Assembly (NCBI RefSeq): GCF_018350175.1
Contig: NC_058368.1
Location: forward strand, 47,618,001-47,682,000
Direction: 5' to 3'
Length of the DNA: 64,000 bases
From: Felis catus
Taxonomy: Eukaryota
Position 1 is the first letter of the stretch. The number at the start of each line of letters is the position of its first letter. Below are positions 13,384 through 25,840 of the stretch, piece by piece. A model generated the notes under the pieces. It was not told the DNA's origin. It ran no database searches and was given only the letters and a program-made list of their open reading frames with translations. The position numbers and the translations under genes were made by a program.

Positions 13384-13572
13384 TAAAACCTCATCTTTTA
13401 AAGAGATGAAAAATTGTCTTAAACACACACTTAACTTGGTATACTCTTAAGCTCTCAAATTCTTTGGTACATGATAGTTCCCAAAGTATCTTTTAAAACT
13501 CAGGCTCATATTTCTTATTTTCCTTAGCCTTATGTCATCTAAAAAAGATACATATTTGTACATGGTATTTTT

Positions 13573-13790
13573 TTAAATTTTTTTTTTCAACGTTTATTTA
13601 TTTTTGGGACAGAGAGAGACACAGCATGAACGGGGGAGGGGCAGAGAGAGAGGGAGACACAGAATCGGAAACAGGCTCCAGGCTCTGAGCCATCAGCCCA
13701 GAGTCTGACGCGGGGCTCGAACTCCCGGACCGCGAGATCGTGACCTGGCTAAAGCCGGACGCTTAACCGACTGCGCCACCCAGGCGCCCC
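13573..13790 (-). mobile_element. Young SINEC_Fc-type SINE
   Basis: TSD TGTACA(T/C)GGTATTTTT; CpGs retained. Confidence 0.95.
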
Positions 13791-14448
13791 TGTACACGGT
13801 ATTTTTAATCCTTTTACTTAACATCTAATTACATTTTTCTGTACTTCTGAAATTCAAGTAATAAAATAAGTATAACCAAAGATGTCACCTCATTAGTATT
13901 CCTTTTATTTCCTGAGTTTCAGCATAACAAGTTTTTTATGTTAATAATTTAAAACTTCGATCTTATAATAAAGGGATTTTTAGAGGCGTATATTAAAGAC
14001 TATCAATACATATCATGTATTCTTTGTTTTCTGAAGGACCTGTTCATATTTACCTTTATAGTACCCTCTATTAAAATACTTTTAATAATGTGACATTAGG
14101 AGGATTTCTGTGCTCAAATTCCAAAAGACCAGAAATAACTTCCTACTATGGGACCCGACATAGAGTTACACTTGGGAGGGAAGAGTGTCGTGCCACAGCC
14201 AGCTCTGCCGGCAGGAGTGCGAGGCACAGCCAGATTTGGAGCATTTCTCGTGTCTGTGGAATAAATATTCCTACCGCGACTAACTTTGAGCTGCCAACAT
14301 CACGTCACTGCACACAGAATAAAGGTACTCAGTAGCACACTGTTGCATATTGTCCCCACCATACAGATACAATAGACTTGGATAAACTGAAGAGCATAGA
14401 TAATAGTAAAATAATTAAAAATCCATGACTTTGAAAATTTGTTCCCTT

Positions 14449-14674
14449 GGGGCGCCTGGGTGGCGCAGTCGGTTAAGCGTCCGACTTCAGCCAGGTCACG
14501 ATCTCGCGGTCCGTGGGTTCGAGCCCCGCGTCGGGCTCTGGGCTGATGGCTCAGAGCCTGGAGCCTGTTTCCGATTCTGTGTCTCCCTCTCTCTCTGCTC
14601 CTCCCCCGTTCATGCTTTGTCTCTCTCTGTCCCAAAAATAAATAAAAAACGTTGAAAAAAAAAAAAAAAGAAAA
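14449..14674 (+). mobile_element. Young SINEC_Fc-type SINE
   Basis: TSD GAAAATTTGTTCCCTT; long A tail. Confidence 0.95.
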
Positions 14675-14713
14675 GAAAATTTGTTCCCTTTTTTAAATAA
14701 AATTGATTTTACT

Positions 14714-14932
14714 GGGGCGCCTGGGTAGCTCACTTGGTTGAGCGTCGGGCTTCAGCGCAGGTCATGATCTCATGGTTCTTGAGTTCCAGCCCCACATCAG
14801 ACTCTGTGCTGACAGCTTAGAGCCTGGAGCCTGCTTCTGATTCTGTGTGTCCCTCTGCTCCTCCCCCGCTCGTGCTCTGTCTCTCTCTCTCCTTCAAAAA
14901 TAAATAAAAACATGAAAAAAAAAATTTTTTTT
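14714..14932 (+). mobile_element. CanSINE
   Basis: Flanked by AATAAAATTGATTTTA. Confidence 0.9.
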
Positions 14933-14950
14933 AATAAAATTGATTTTATT

Positions 14951-15170
14951 GGGGCACCTGGGTGGCTCAGTTGGTTGAGCATCAAACTTCAGCTCAGGTT
15001 GTGATCTCATGATTCATGAGTTCAAGCCCCACATCGGGCTCACTGCTGTTGGCATGGAGCCTGCTTTGGAACCTCAGTCTCCCCCTGTCTGCCTCTCCCC
15101 TACTCACACTGTCTGTCTGTCTCAAAAATAAATAAACATTTAAGAAAAACATGTCTTGATTTTAAAAATA
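14951..15170 (+). mobile_element. CanSINE
   Basis: Flanked by AATAAAATTGATTTTATT. Confidence 0.9.
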
Positions 15171-15530
15171 AAATAAAATTGATTTTATTGTAAATTTAAA
15201 GTTTTTAATATTAGATGTATTCAGCTCACAAAATTCCTGAAAATTTACTAGTCAGCTGTCAGAAACTACTGTAAACCAGCACCACTACACCATGAAAGGA
15301 TAAATAAATGATTACAGAAGCCAATGAGATGTTAAAGAAATTTCTGTTTGCTAATACATTATACATCACTCATGTTTGTTTTAATTTCAGAATAACCTAT
15401 CAAACATTTCTAAAAAAAATTAAACTTGTCCATACTTGTATAGGTACATATATGCACGTCATAATATTACCTTAAAAAAAATAAATAAAACTACCTTCCT
15501 GAACACTTCAGTTCATTGAAATAGGAATTG

Positions 15531-15883
15531 TTTTTTAAGTTTATTTATTTTGAGAGAGGGAGAGGGAGATAGAGAATCCCAAGCAGGCTCTGCGCTGTCA
15601 GCACAGTGCCCAACGTGGGCAATCTCGCAAACTGAGATCATGACCTGAGCCAAAATCAAGAGTCAGACACTTTTTTTTTTTAATGTTTATTTGTTTTTGA
15701 GACAGAGGGAGACAGAGTGCGAGTGGGGGAGGGTCAGAGAGAGGGAGACACAGAATCTGAAACAGGCTCCCGGCTCTGAGCTGTCAGCACAGAGCCCAGT
15801 GCGGGGCTCGAACCCACAAACTGTGAGATCATGACCTGAGCCGAAGTCAGGCACTCAACGGACTGAGCCACCCAGGCGCCCCC
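15531..15883 (-). mobile_element. Two fused antisense CanSINEs
   Basis: Headless SINE at 15531-15670 followed directly by a full SINE at 15671-15883. Confidence 0.85.
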
Positions 15884-16584
15884 ATTTAAGGTAAGTTGTT
15901 GGCTTATATTGAGAAAAAGATTTAAATACTGAAATACATGTGATAGAAAATGCTATGATACCTAGAATTTGCTTTTAAATACCCTGTAAAAAGTGGGGGA
16001 AGGGCTCATAAATCAAAGGAAGGAGAATCTCAAAATCTCAATCATGTTTGGAGCTGGGGGAAGATTATATGTGGATCTATTATTCAATTCTGTACTTTTA
16101 TGTACGTTTGAAAATTTTTCATAAGACATTAGGAGAAAGAATCAGTAACCGTATCTTAAAAATTTTATGGCTACCATAGTATATAACTTTTCCCTTAAGA
16201 TTGAAACTAAAGTATTATAATTTGAAATATTCTGTCGATTTAACTGGTTTTTGCCTCACAAAAATTATACTGCTTAAATTGAAAATATATAAACTAATTA
16301 GCTGAAAGATGATAGTATTAGTACAGTCAGTATAACAACTGACTATTCATGATACGTGGTGAAAAAAATAGAGAAGGAAATTCTCTCAGGATCTATATTC
16401 TTTTAAACAGTTTAAATATTAAAACTAGCTTGGAATTTTGAGGATAATACACAGATAAAACAAATAACTAAAGCTAGAATTACCATTGTTAAATATGTTA
16501 TTGAGAATATGTCTGAGATTAAACATAAATGAATTGCCAACATGAGAATGCTAAAAAATAGTCAAAATGAAAACAAATATTCCT

Positions 16585-18125
16585 TTTATAGTGGCTTTAT
16601 TGAGGTATAGTTGACAAACACTAAGCTGCACATACTTAAAGTGTACAATATAATAACTTTTGACACATGTATACCTGTGGAATCACCAAAATGTGGATAA
16701 TGAACACATACATCACCCCAGATGTTTCCTTGTGCCCCTTAGGAATCTCTCCCAAAATTCCCTATCCCCAAGATGGTCCTCAGGCAACCACTGACTTGCA
16801 TTCTGTCACCATAGATTGACCATGTTTTTGATATTTTATATAAATACAGTCATAAAATATGTGTATATATTATATACACACACATTTTTTTGGTCTGACT
16901 TGTTTCACTCTGCCTAATCGTTTCAAGATTCACCCATAGCCCTTTTCATTGCTGAGGAACATTCCATTTATGGGTATACCACAGTTGTGCATTCATTCAC
17001 CTGTTGATGGGCATTCAGGTAGTTTGCTGTTTTCGCCTGTGACAAACAATGCATATATGGATATCCATGTACAGTCTTTCTATGAACGTATGCTTTTGTT
17101 TCTTTTGGGTAAAGACCTGGGAGTGGATTAGGTGGATCATGTGGCTAGGGGTCTGCTTAATGTTTTAAGAAACTGCCAAACTGGTTTACAAATATTTGTA
17201 CCATTTTACATTTCCACGAGCTGCATGCGAAAGTACTTATTCTTCTACATCCTTGCAAAGACTTGATACAGTCCGTGTTTTTAATTTTAGCAATTCCGAT
17301 GGGTGTGCCATGGTCTCTCATTATGGTTTTAATTTGCATTTTCCCTAATGACTCACAACAGTGACCATCTTTTCAGATGCTCTTTGCCCTCTGCTCTCAC
17401 TGGGAGAAGGGTCTTCAAATGTTTTGCCCATTTTATCACATTGTTTTCTTATTATTGAGTTTTGAGTATTATTTATTGATTTTAGATACAATTCCCTTAT
17501 CAAATATGTGATTTGCAAATATTTTCTCCCACTCTGTGGCTTGTTTTTCCATCTCTTAAACATGTTTAAAGAGCAGCTTTTGTCAAATCCAGTTCATCAG
17601 TTCGTGCTTTTATGGACTTTGTTTTTAGTGTTATGTCTAAAATATCTTTGCCTAACCCAAGGTCACAGGGTTTTTGTCATGGTGTTTCGTAGTTTTAAGT
17701 CTGTAATCCATTTTTAGTTTATTTTTGTATTGTTTGCAAAGTATAGATTGAAATTCACTTATTTGCACATTGAAATCAAATTGTTCTCACATCATTTGCT
17801 GAAAAGACCTTGTTGGAAATTAGTCATAAATGTGTGAGTTTGTTTCTAGACTCTCTGTTTCCAGTTATCTAATTTGCCTGTCTTTATGCCCAGACCACAC
17901 TCTCTTGATTTCTGAAGCTTTATAATGTCTTGAAATTAGATAGCATTGGTCCTCTAATTCTGTTCATTTCAGAGATTTTCAGTTATTCTGTATCCTTTGC
18001 ATTTCCATATGAATTCTGTAATCATTTCTACAAAGATAAAAAGAAAAAGCTGGGTTTGATTTTGATTGGGATTGCATTGAATCTACAGATCAAGTGGGGA
18101 AAATTGACATCTTAATAATATTGAA
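16585..18125 (-). mobile_element. Old L1 (L1M-type) 3' end and ORF2 relic
   Basis: Minus-strand ORF fragments resemble L1 ORF2 C-terminus (MQIKTIMRDHGTPIGIAKIK); antisense L1 3' UTR at the left end. Confidence 0.8.
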
Positions 18126-18199
18126 ATTCTATCCTATTAATTGGCCATATCCTGCTATTTTTATTCTTTAGTGTAAAAGTTTCACATCTTTTGACTAGT

Positions 18200-18364
18200 C
18201 TTTTTTTTTTTAAGTTGTTTTATTTTTTTTTTTTTTGAGAGAGAGAAAGAACAAGTGAGGGAGGGCAGAGAAAAGGTGAGAGAGTGAATACCAAGTAGGC
18301 TCCACACTTCAGCACAGAACCTGATGCAGGGTTCAAACTCATGAACCATGAGACCGGGCGCCCC
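18200..18364 (-). mobile_element. CanSINE with internal deletion
   Basis: TSD TTGACTA(G/A)TCTT; about 50 nt of the head region missing. Confidence 0.8.
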
Positions 18365-18369
18365 TTGAC

Positions 18370-21235
18370 TAATCTTAATGTTGTATTATGTTTTTCCATT
18401 CTTCTACTTTTAACTTCTTTATGTCTTTATAATTGTCTTATAGGCATCATATGTAGATGGATCTTAGTTTTTTTTTATCCATTCTAACAAAATAGGACTT
18501 TAATTGAAGTTTTTAGAATATTTACATTTGATGTGTCTCTTGATAAGTCTGTCATCTTGCTATTTGTTTTTTATTCATCCCATCTATTCTTTCTTCCCTT
18601 GTCCTTTTATTTTTCCCTGCCTTCTTTTGGATTAGCTGAATATTTTTGTCATTTTATATGATCTCATTATTGGTTTATTGGCTTGAACTCTATTATTACA
18701 GTACTTTCTTTATAGTATATATCTTTAACATCATCTCATTTCATTTACTACATCATGTATAGTTTAAAAGCCTTAAAATAGTATAGTTCCATTTGTCCCC
18801 CCGCCCAGCTTTTGTGCTCCTGTTGTCATATATTTTACTTATACATGTAGAAACTGCACACAACATTGCTATTATTTTTCTTTAAGCAATTGACAATTTT
18901 TTGAAGAGCTATAATATGAGGAAAAGATACTATATTTAACCAAATAGTTACCATACCTAGTGTTCTTTATTCCCTTGTGTAGATCCAAATTTCCATTTGG
19001 TATTATATTGCTTCTGGTTGATGTACTTCTTTTCACAGTACCTACAGAACAAGTCTGCTGGTAATGAAGTCTTTCTGCTTCTGTATGTTGCAGAAAGTTA
19101 TTTCACCTCTTTTTGTTGTTTCTTGTTTTTATATGTCTTACTATTTTTAACAGAATTTAAGATTAAAATGTATTTCTGACAGTTATGTTTACTAAGGCAA
19201 AAAACCCCGGAAGTATACATTTAAGGGTTCACTCTTTTATGACAATAAAATTCACACATAAAAACTGTACAATTCAGTGGCTTTTGGTGTGTTTACAGCA
19301 TTGCACTATCACCGCTATCTAGTTACAGAACATTTTCATTACCCAGACAGAAATCCTGTACCCATTAAGCAGTCACTCCCTATTCTCCCCTCCCCCCGAA
19401 CCCTGGCAACCACTCTGTGCTTTCTGTCTATGGATTTGCCTGTTCTACACCCTTCTATAAATGGAATCGTGCAATATGTGGCTTTTTTTTTATCTGGCTG
19501 CTTTCATTTAGCATAATGTTTTCAAGATTCATTCATGTTGTATCATCTATCAGTACTTAATTCCTTTTTATGACTAAATAATATCCCATTGTACAGATGC
19601 ATCATATGTTGTTTATGCATTCATCCATTGATGAACATCTGGGTTATTTCCACCTTTTGACTATTGTGAATAGTGTTGCTATAAATACTCAACTACAAGC
19701 ATTATATTTGTCTACCTGTTTTAAATCTGTGGAGTAAACACCTAGGAGTGGAATTGCTGAGTTCATTTTTGTTTTACAAAGATAATTTTCCCAGGGTAAA
19801 AAAGTCCAGATTGGTTCTTTTTTCCTCTGTCTCTTTTTCAGTACTTGAAAGATGTTGCTCCACTCTCTTCTGGTTTGCATTGTTTCTGCCAAGAAATATG
19901 CTGTCTTTATCTTTGTGTCTCTCTAGGTAATGTGTCTAATGTCTCTAGAATTTTTTAAGATTTTCTTTTTTTCACTAGCCTTAAGCAATTTACGATGTGG
20001 TTGTTGTGATTTTCTTTATGTTTCCTCTGCTTGGATGTCTTCTATATGTGTGATCATCAGATTTGGAAGTGTTTCAGTCGTATGTCTTCATATATTTTTC
20101 TACCTTACCCTCTGTTTCCTTCGGACACTCCATTAGACATGTATTTATACCACTTGAAGTTGTCCTACAACAGAACAGATGCTCTTCTCTTCATTGTTTT
20201 CTGTTGTTTTCTGCCTTTCCTTTTGCATAATTTCTCTTAGTATGTCAAGTCCACTAGTCATTTCTTCAGTGTAAAATCTGCTGTTAATCTATTCTAGTGT
20301 TTTACGTCTCAGACATTGCAGTTTTCATTTCTAGTTCTCTTTTGTATCTTCCAGGTCTACTTAACCTTTTCAGACTTTATTTTCTTCAGTATAGGAAATA
20401 CAGTTTCAATCACTATTTTGATATTCTTGTCTACTGGTTCTATTATGGTGGCTGCCACTTCTTGGTTAGTTTCAGTTACATTGATCTGTCTCATATGTGT
20501 CATATTATCCTGTGTTTTTGCATGCTTACTAATTTTTCACTGGATGACAAATGTGAATGTTACCTTACTGCTAAATATATTTGGATTCCTGTAAGTGTGT
20601 GTTAGCTTTGTTCCCCAACATGGTTAAGTTTCTTGGGAAAGATTTGGCCCTTTTAAGTCTTGTTTTTAAGCTTTTATAAGCAAAGAAACATTAATGCTCA
20701 GGCTACTTTTTTTGTCCCCTCCACTACTGAGACCAAAGTCTTTTGAATAATCTACCCCACGTCCTATGAATTAATAAGTTTCCTACTTTGGATAGTGGGA
20801 ATAAGTAAATTCCTGGCCCATATGGTCTTCAGAAATTGTTCTTTCTAATCTTTTCAGTGGTTCTATCTCAGTCTCTGGTATTTTCTTTACACACATGCAC
20901 TATTCAATGCCCAGGTGCATACTCAAGGGTGAATGTGTGTACATTTTCAGAGTTCTGTCTTTGTACAGCTCTCTTTTCTTCAGCACTCTGCCATAGGAAC
21001 TGTAGCCAACTTGGTGTCTACATCTAGCAGCAGATCCTTAACTTAGGGAGTTTGGCAGGCTCTGCTTTGATTCCCTCTTCCTTAACTACTGCCTGGAAAC
21101 TCTTTCCGTAGAGTAAACTGGGGCAACTGTAGGGTTACACTCAACTTGTTTGTTTCCTATATCTCAGGGTTCACTCTTCTTCATTGTTTGATGTACAGTG
21201 TCTTCAGACTGTTGTTCCATTAGTTTGTTCAGTGT
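18370..21235 (-). mobile_element. Highly decayed old L1M segments, with a nested L1 3' end at about 19240-19760
   Basis: T-rich antisense L1 composition; recognisable L1 3'-UTR block and AETMQTRREWSNIFQVLK (ORF1-like) on the minus strand. Confidence 0.6.
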
Positions 21236-21325
21236 AAAAGAGAAAAAATTATTGGCCTTTTTTGTATATATGTATATCACCTAATTTTCAAGAAACCACC
21301 AACTGGGTTAAATAAGAATGGAGTG

Positions 21326-22790
21326 TTCATAGGCAGTAATCTCCTTGATATCAGTCTTGGTGTTGTTTTTCTGGATCCTACTCCAAGAGAAAAAATAAAC
21401 AAATGGGACTACATCAAGCAAAAAGCTTCTGCACAGCAAAGAAAACCATCAACAAAATGGAAAGGCAGCCTACTGAATGAGAGAAAATATTTAGAAATCG
21501 TATATCCAATAAGAGGTTAATATCCAAAATATATAAAGAATTCCTACAACTCAACACCAAAGAAAATCCAATTAAAAAAAATGGGCAAAGGAAAAAAAAA
21601 TAGGGGAGCCTGGGTGGCTCAGTTGGTTAAACAGCCAACTCTTGATTCAGCTTAGGTCATCATCTCACAGTTCATGAGTTCAAGCCCCACATTGGGTTCA
21701 GGCTCACAGTGGAGAGCCTGCTTCAGATCCTCTGTCTTCCTCTTTTTCCACCCCTCCCCCCCTCAAAAATAAATAAGCGTTTTTTTTTTTTTAAAATAAG
21801 CAGAGGATATGAATAGACACTTTTCCAAAGAAGACATACAGCTAGCCAATTGGCACATGAAAAGATGCTCAACATCACAAATCATCAGGGAAATGCAAAT
21901 AGAAACCACAATGAGATATCACCTCACACCTGTCAGAATGGCTAGAATCAAAAAGACAAGAAATAACAAGTGTTGGCAGGGTGTGGAAAAAAGGAAACCC
22001 TCATTCACTGTTGGTAGGAGTGTAAATTGGTACAGCCACTATGGAAAACAGTATGGAGGTTCTTCAAAGTATTAAAAATAGAACCACCATATGATCCAGC
22101 AATTCTACGTCTGGATATTTATTCAGAATATTCTGAATTCATGAAAACACTAATTCGAAAAGAGGTACAATATTCATTGTAGCATTATTTACAATAGCCA
22201 AGATACAGAAACAACCTAAGCATTGATCAACGGACGAATGGATAAAGATGTGGTCTATATACAATGGGATACAATTCAGCCATAAAGAAGAATGAAATCT
22301 TGCCATTTGCAACAACATTGATGGAACTAGAGGGTATTATGCTAAGTGAATAAGTCAGACAGAGAAAGACAAATACTATATGATCTCATTTATATGTGGA
22401 ATCTAAAAAACAAAACAAATGAACAAACAAAACTCTTGGATATGGAAAAGAGTGTTGGTTGGTAGTGGGAGGGAGTCAGGAGATACAGACTGCTAGTTAC
22501 AAAAAGAATAGGTCATGGCGATGTGGTGTGCAACGTGGTGACTAGAGTCAGTGCTGTTGTCATGCATATTTGAAGGTTGCCAAGAGAGTGATTCTTGAAA
22601 ATCCTCGTCACACACACAGAAAATTTTTAATTAAAAAAATTTTTGTAACTTTTTATGGTAACAGATGGTGACTAGACTTATTGTGATGATCATTTCACAG
22701 TGTGTGCAAGCGTCAAATCCTTACATTGTACACCTAAAACTAACATAATACTGTATGTCAATATATCTCAATTTTTAAAAGAGAAGAAGG
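21326..22790 (+). mobile_element. 5'-truncated carnivore L1 (ORF2 C-terminus + 3' UTR) with nested SINE at 21603-21790
   Basis: [23 protein letters not shown]...; degenerate flanking repeat ggagtgt. Confidence 0.88.
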
Positions 22791-23362
22791 GGAAAAAAGG
22801 AGTGTCGATGTGGGGAAGAAGATCTAAGCTAAATCATAAAGCATGCCACATTACCATCAGACTTGTTAAGCCTCAGCTCTCTTGACTCTTGGCATTTGCT
22901 CTTACTTAATCTTTTTAGTCATTTAGTAAATATTTATCAGACTCCCACTATACTCCACCACAGATAACAAAAGAGTACATGTACATGTACATGTACTTAA
23001 CATGTACAGTCTTGTTCACAAAAGCCTTGTCTTCTAGAATAAGCACTTAGAGATTCATCTGTTATAACTAACTTATTTTAGAAAAGTTGTCTAGAAAATG
23101 GAATATGCACAATCTCAAGTGACCAAATGCCAAGGTTCAGTTACCTGGATTTCTTTACATAGAAGCCATTGAGTGAAATCCAGGTAATTTGTTACAAAGC
23201 TTTAGATTGCTACATTTAAGAGAGATTTTTAAGATGCCTGGGTAGAATAAAGTAGAACTCTGTGTACTAACTTTAAAAGGTGTTCATAATGTATATTAAT
23301 AAATTTTTTCCAAAAAGGAAAATTGCAGAATAATTTGTATTGTATTTCTCTGCTTGGCCTTT

Positions 23363-23364
<2 letters not shown>

Positions 23365-23404
<40 letters not shown>
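23365..23404. repeat. (GT)n microsatellite
   Basis: About 20 GT units, read directly. Confidence 0.95.
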
Positions 23405-23405
<1 letters not shown>

Positions 23406-24076
23406 TAGGGTGTGAAATTGTGTTTCTAAGCGTAGAGAAAAAGGAAGAGCTCACATAATATACACCTGTCATGCCAAGGGCACACAAATACAACTAGTCC
23501 TGCTGTATGAATATTAAAACATTTTATCAGAGTAAACTTACAGGGAAAGAATTCACAGAGCATATACCATCCCCAAGTTCTCTTCTCACAGAAAAGTGTG
23601 TTTAGACCTGGTGTGGGTAGTCTGGATGCACCACAGAAAGTGACCTGATAGAGGGGCTCCACACCAGAACATTGTACACACCTAAAGAGAAGGTTAGGGA
23701 ACGTCTAATTGCCTAAGTAACAATGGGAGTGGAGCTTTGGGGGGTTATTATCTCTTTTAGCCTATTCTAGTAGAATAGGAAATGAGCCTCCAGGACCATC
23801 CATATTTGTCTCTCAAACATTAAACTGTGCTTACCTCTGAGATTGGGAGTTGAGAAGTACGGAATGACCAATTTATACCTTATGCATTTTGAATTGCTTG
23901 AATTTATTCTAACTCACATGGAATTTTTTAAGGCATAGATTTGGTGATCAACAATATCTGAATCATAGCAGGTATAAAGTAAATATTGATGCATTAGATA
24001 GATCATTCACATACCTTATCTACCAAACTTACGTAGATTTCTAAAGATGAAAATAAGAGGCAAAATTCTACTTTTT

Positions 24077-24288
24077 ATTTTTTTTCAACGTTTATTTATT
24101 TTTGGGACAGAGAGAGACAGAGCATGAACAGGGGAGGGCCAGAGAGAGAGGGAGACACAGAATCGGAAACAGGCTCCAGGCTCCGAGCCATCAGCCCAGA
24201 GCCTGACGCGGGGCTGGAACTCACGGACCGCGAGATCGTGACCTGGCTGAAGTCGGATGCTTAACCGACTGCGCCACCCAGGCGCCCC
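24077..24288 (-). mobile_element. Young SINEC_Fc-type SINE
   Basis: TSD AAAATTCTACTTTTT (24062-24076, 24289-24303). Confidence 0.95.
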
Positions 24289-24317
24289 AAAATTCTACTT
24301 TTTAAAATACATCTATA

Positions 24318-25715
24318 TGGTATTGGCACAAAAACAGACACATAGACCAATGGAATAGAATAGAAACCCCAGAACTAGACCCACAAACGTATGGCCAACT
24401 CATCTTTGACAAAGCAGGAAAGAACATCCAATGGAAAAAAGACAGCCTCTTTAACAAATGGTGCTGGGAGAACTGGACAGCAACATGCAGAAGGTTGAAA
24501 CTAGACCACTTTCTCACACCATTCACAAAAATAAACTCAAAATGGATAAAGGACCTAAATGTGAGACAGGAAACCATCAAAACCTTAGAGGAGAAAGCAG
24601 GAAAAGACCTCTCTGACCTCAGCCGTAGCAATCTCTTACTCGACACATCCCCAATGGCAAGGGAATTAAAAGCAAAAGTGAATTACTGGGACCTTATGAA
24701 GATAAAAAGCTTCTGCACAGCAAAGGAAACAACCAACAAAACTAAAAGGCAACCAACGGAATGGGAAAAGATATTCGCAAATGACATATCGGACAAAGGG
24801 CTAGTATCCAAAATCTATAAAGAGCTCACCAAACTCCACACCCGAAAAACAAATAACCCAGTGAAGAAATGGGCAGAAAACATGAATAGACACTTCTCTA
24901 AAGAAGACATCCGGATAGCCAACAGGCACATGAAAAGATGTTCAGCGTCGCTCCTTATCAGGGAAATACAAATCAAAACCACACTCAGGTATCACCTCAC
25001 GCCAGTCAGAGTGGCCAAAATGAACACATCAGGAGACTATAGATGCTGGAGAGGATGTGGAGAAACGGGAACCCTCTTGCACTGTTGGTGGGAATGCAAA
25101 TTGGTGCAGCCGCTCTGGAAAGCAGTGTGGAGGTTCCTCATAAAATTAAAAATAGACCTACCCTGTGACCCAGCAATAGCACTGCTAGGAATTTATCCAA
25201 GGGATACAGGAGTACTGATGCATAGGGCCACTTGTACCCCAATGTTCATAGCAGCACTCTCAACAATAGCCAAATTATGGAAAGAGCCTAAATGTCCATC
25301 AACTGATGAATGGATAAAGAAATTGTGGTTTATATACACAATGGAATATTACGTGGCAATGAGAAAAAATGAAATATGGCCTTTTGTAGCAACGTGGATG
25401 GAACTGGAGAGTGTGATGCTAAGTGAAATAAGCCATACAGAGAAAGACAGATACCATATGGTTTCACTCTTGTGTGGACCCTGAGAAACTTAACAGGAAC
25501 CCATGGGGGAGGGGAAGGAAAGAAAAAAAACAGGTTAGAGTGGGAGAGAGCCAAAGCATAAGAGACTTAAAAACTGAGAACAAACTGAGGGTTGATGGGG
25601 GGTGGGAGGGAGGAGAGGGTGGGTGATAGGTATTGAGGAGGGCACCTTTTGGGATGAGCACTGGGTGTTGTATGGAAACCAATTTGTCAATAAATTTCAT
25701 ATAAAAAAAAAAAAC
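24318..25715 (+). mobile_element. Young 5'-truncated felid L1; uninterrupted ORF2 C-terminal frame, 3' UTR and polyA
   Basis: Frame open 24318-25484 ([16 protein letters not shown]...[18 protein letters not shown]...); flanking repeat CATCTATA (24310-24317, 25716-25723). Confidence 0.96.
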
Positions 25716-25804
25716 CATCTATAAACAGTATTTATAAACAGATTATATTCCAGCAATATTCTTTGTACCCAAAATTTTGTTGCCAAGGAAATATATATGG
25801 ATAC

Positions 25805-25806
<2 letters not shown>

Positions 25807-25838
<32 letters not shown>
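25807..25838. repeat. (AT)n microsatellite
   Basis: Read directly. Confidence 0.95.

Positions 25839-25840
<2 letters not shown>

Larger units (their letters stand above)
14180..15292. mobile_element. MER63-like hAT DNA transposon relic, split by three SINEs
   Basis: Recalled MER63 motifs ccaccatacagatacaatagac, gagcatagataatagtaaaataatt and caaaattcctgaaaattt. Confidence 0.7.

Noticed and set aside
22974..23008. (GTACAT)n palindromic mini-repeat
   Set aside because: Only 3-4 units of a simple repeat; no further evidence.
23460..23880. Possible old LTR (also 60230-60860)
   Set aside because: Composition is suggestive but I could not establish termini, TSD or family.
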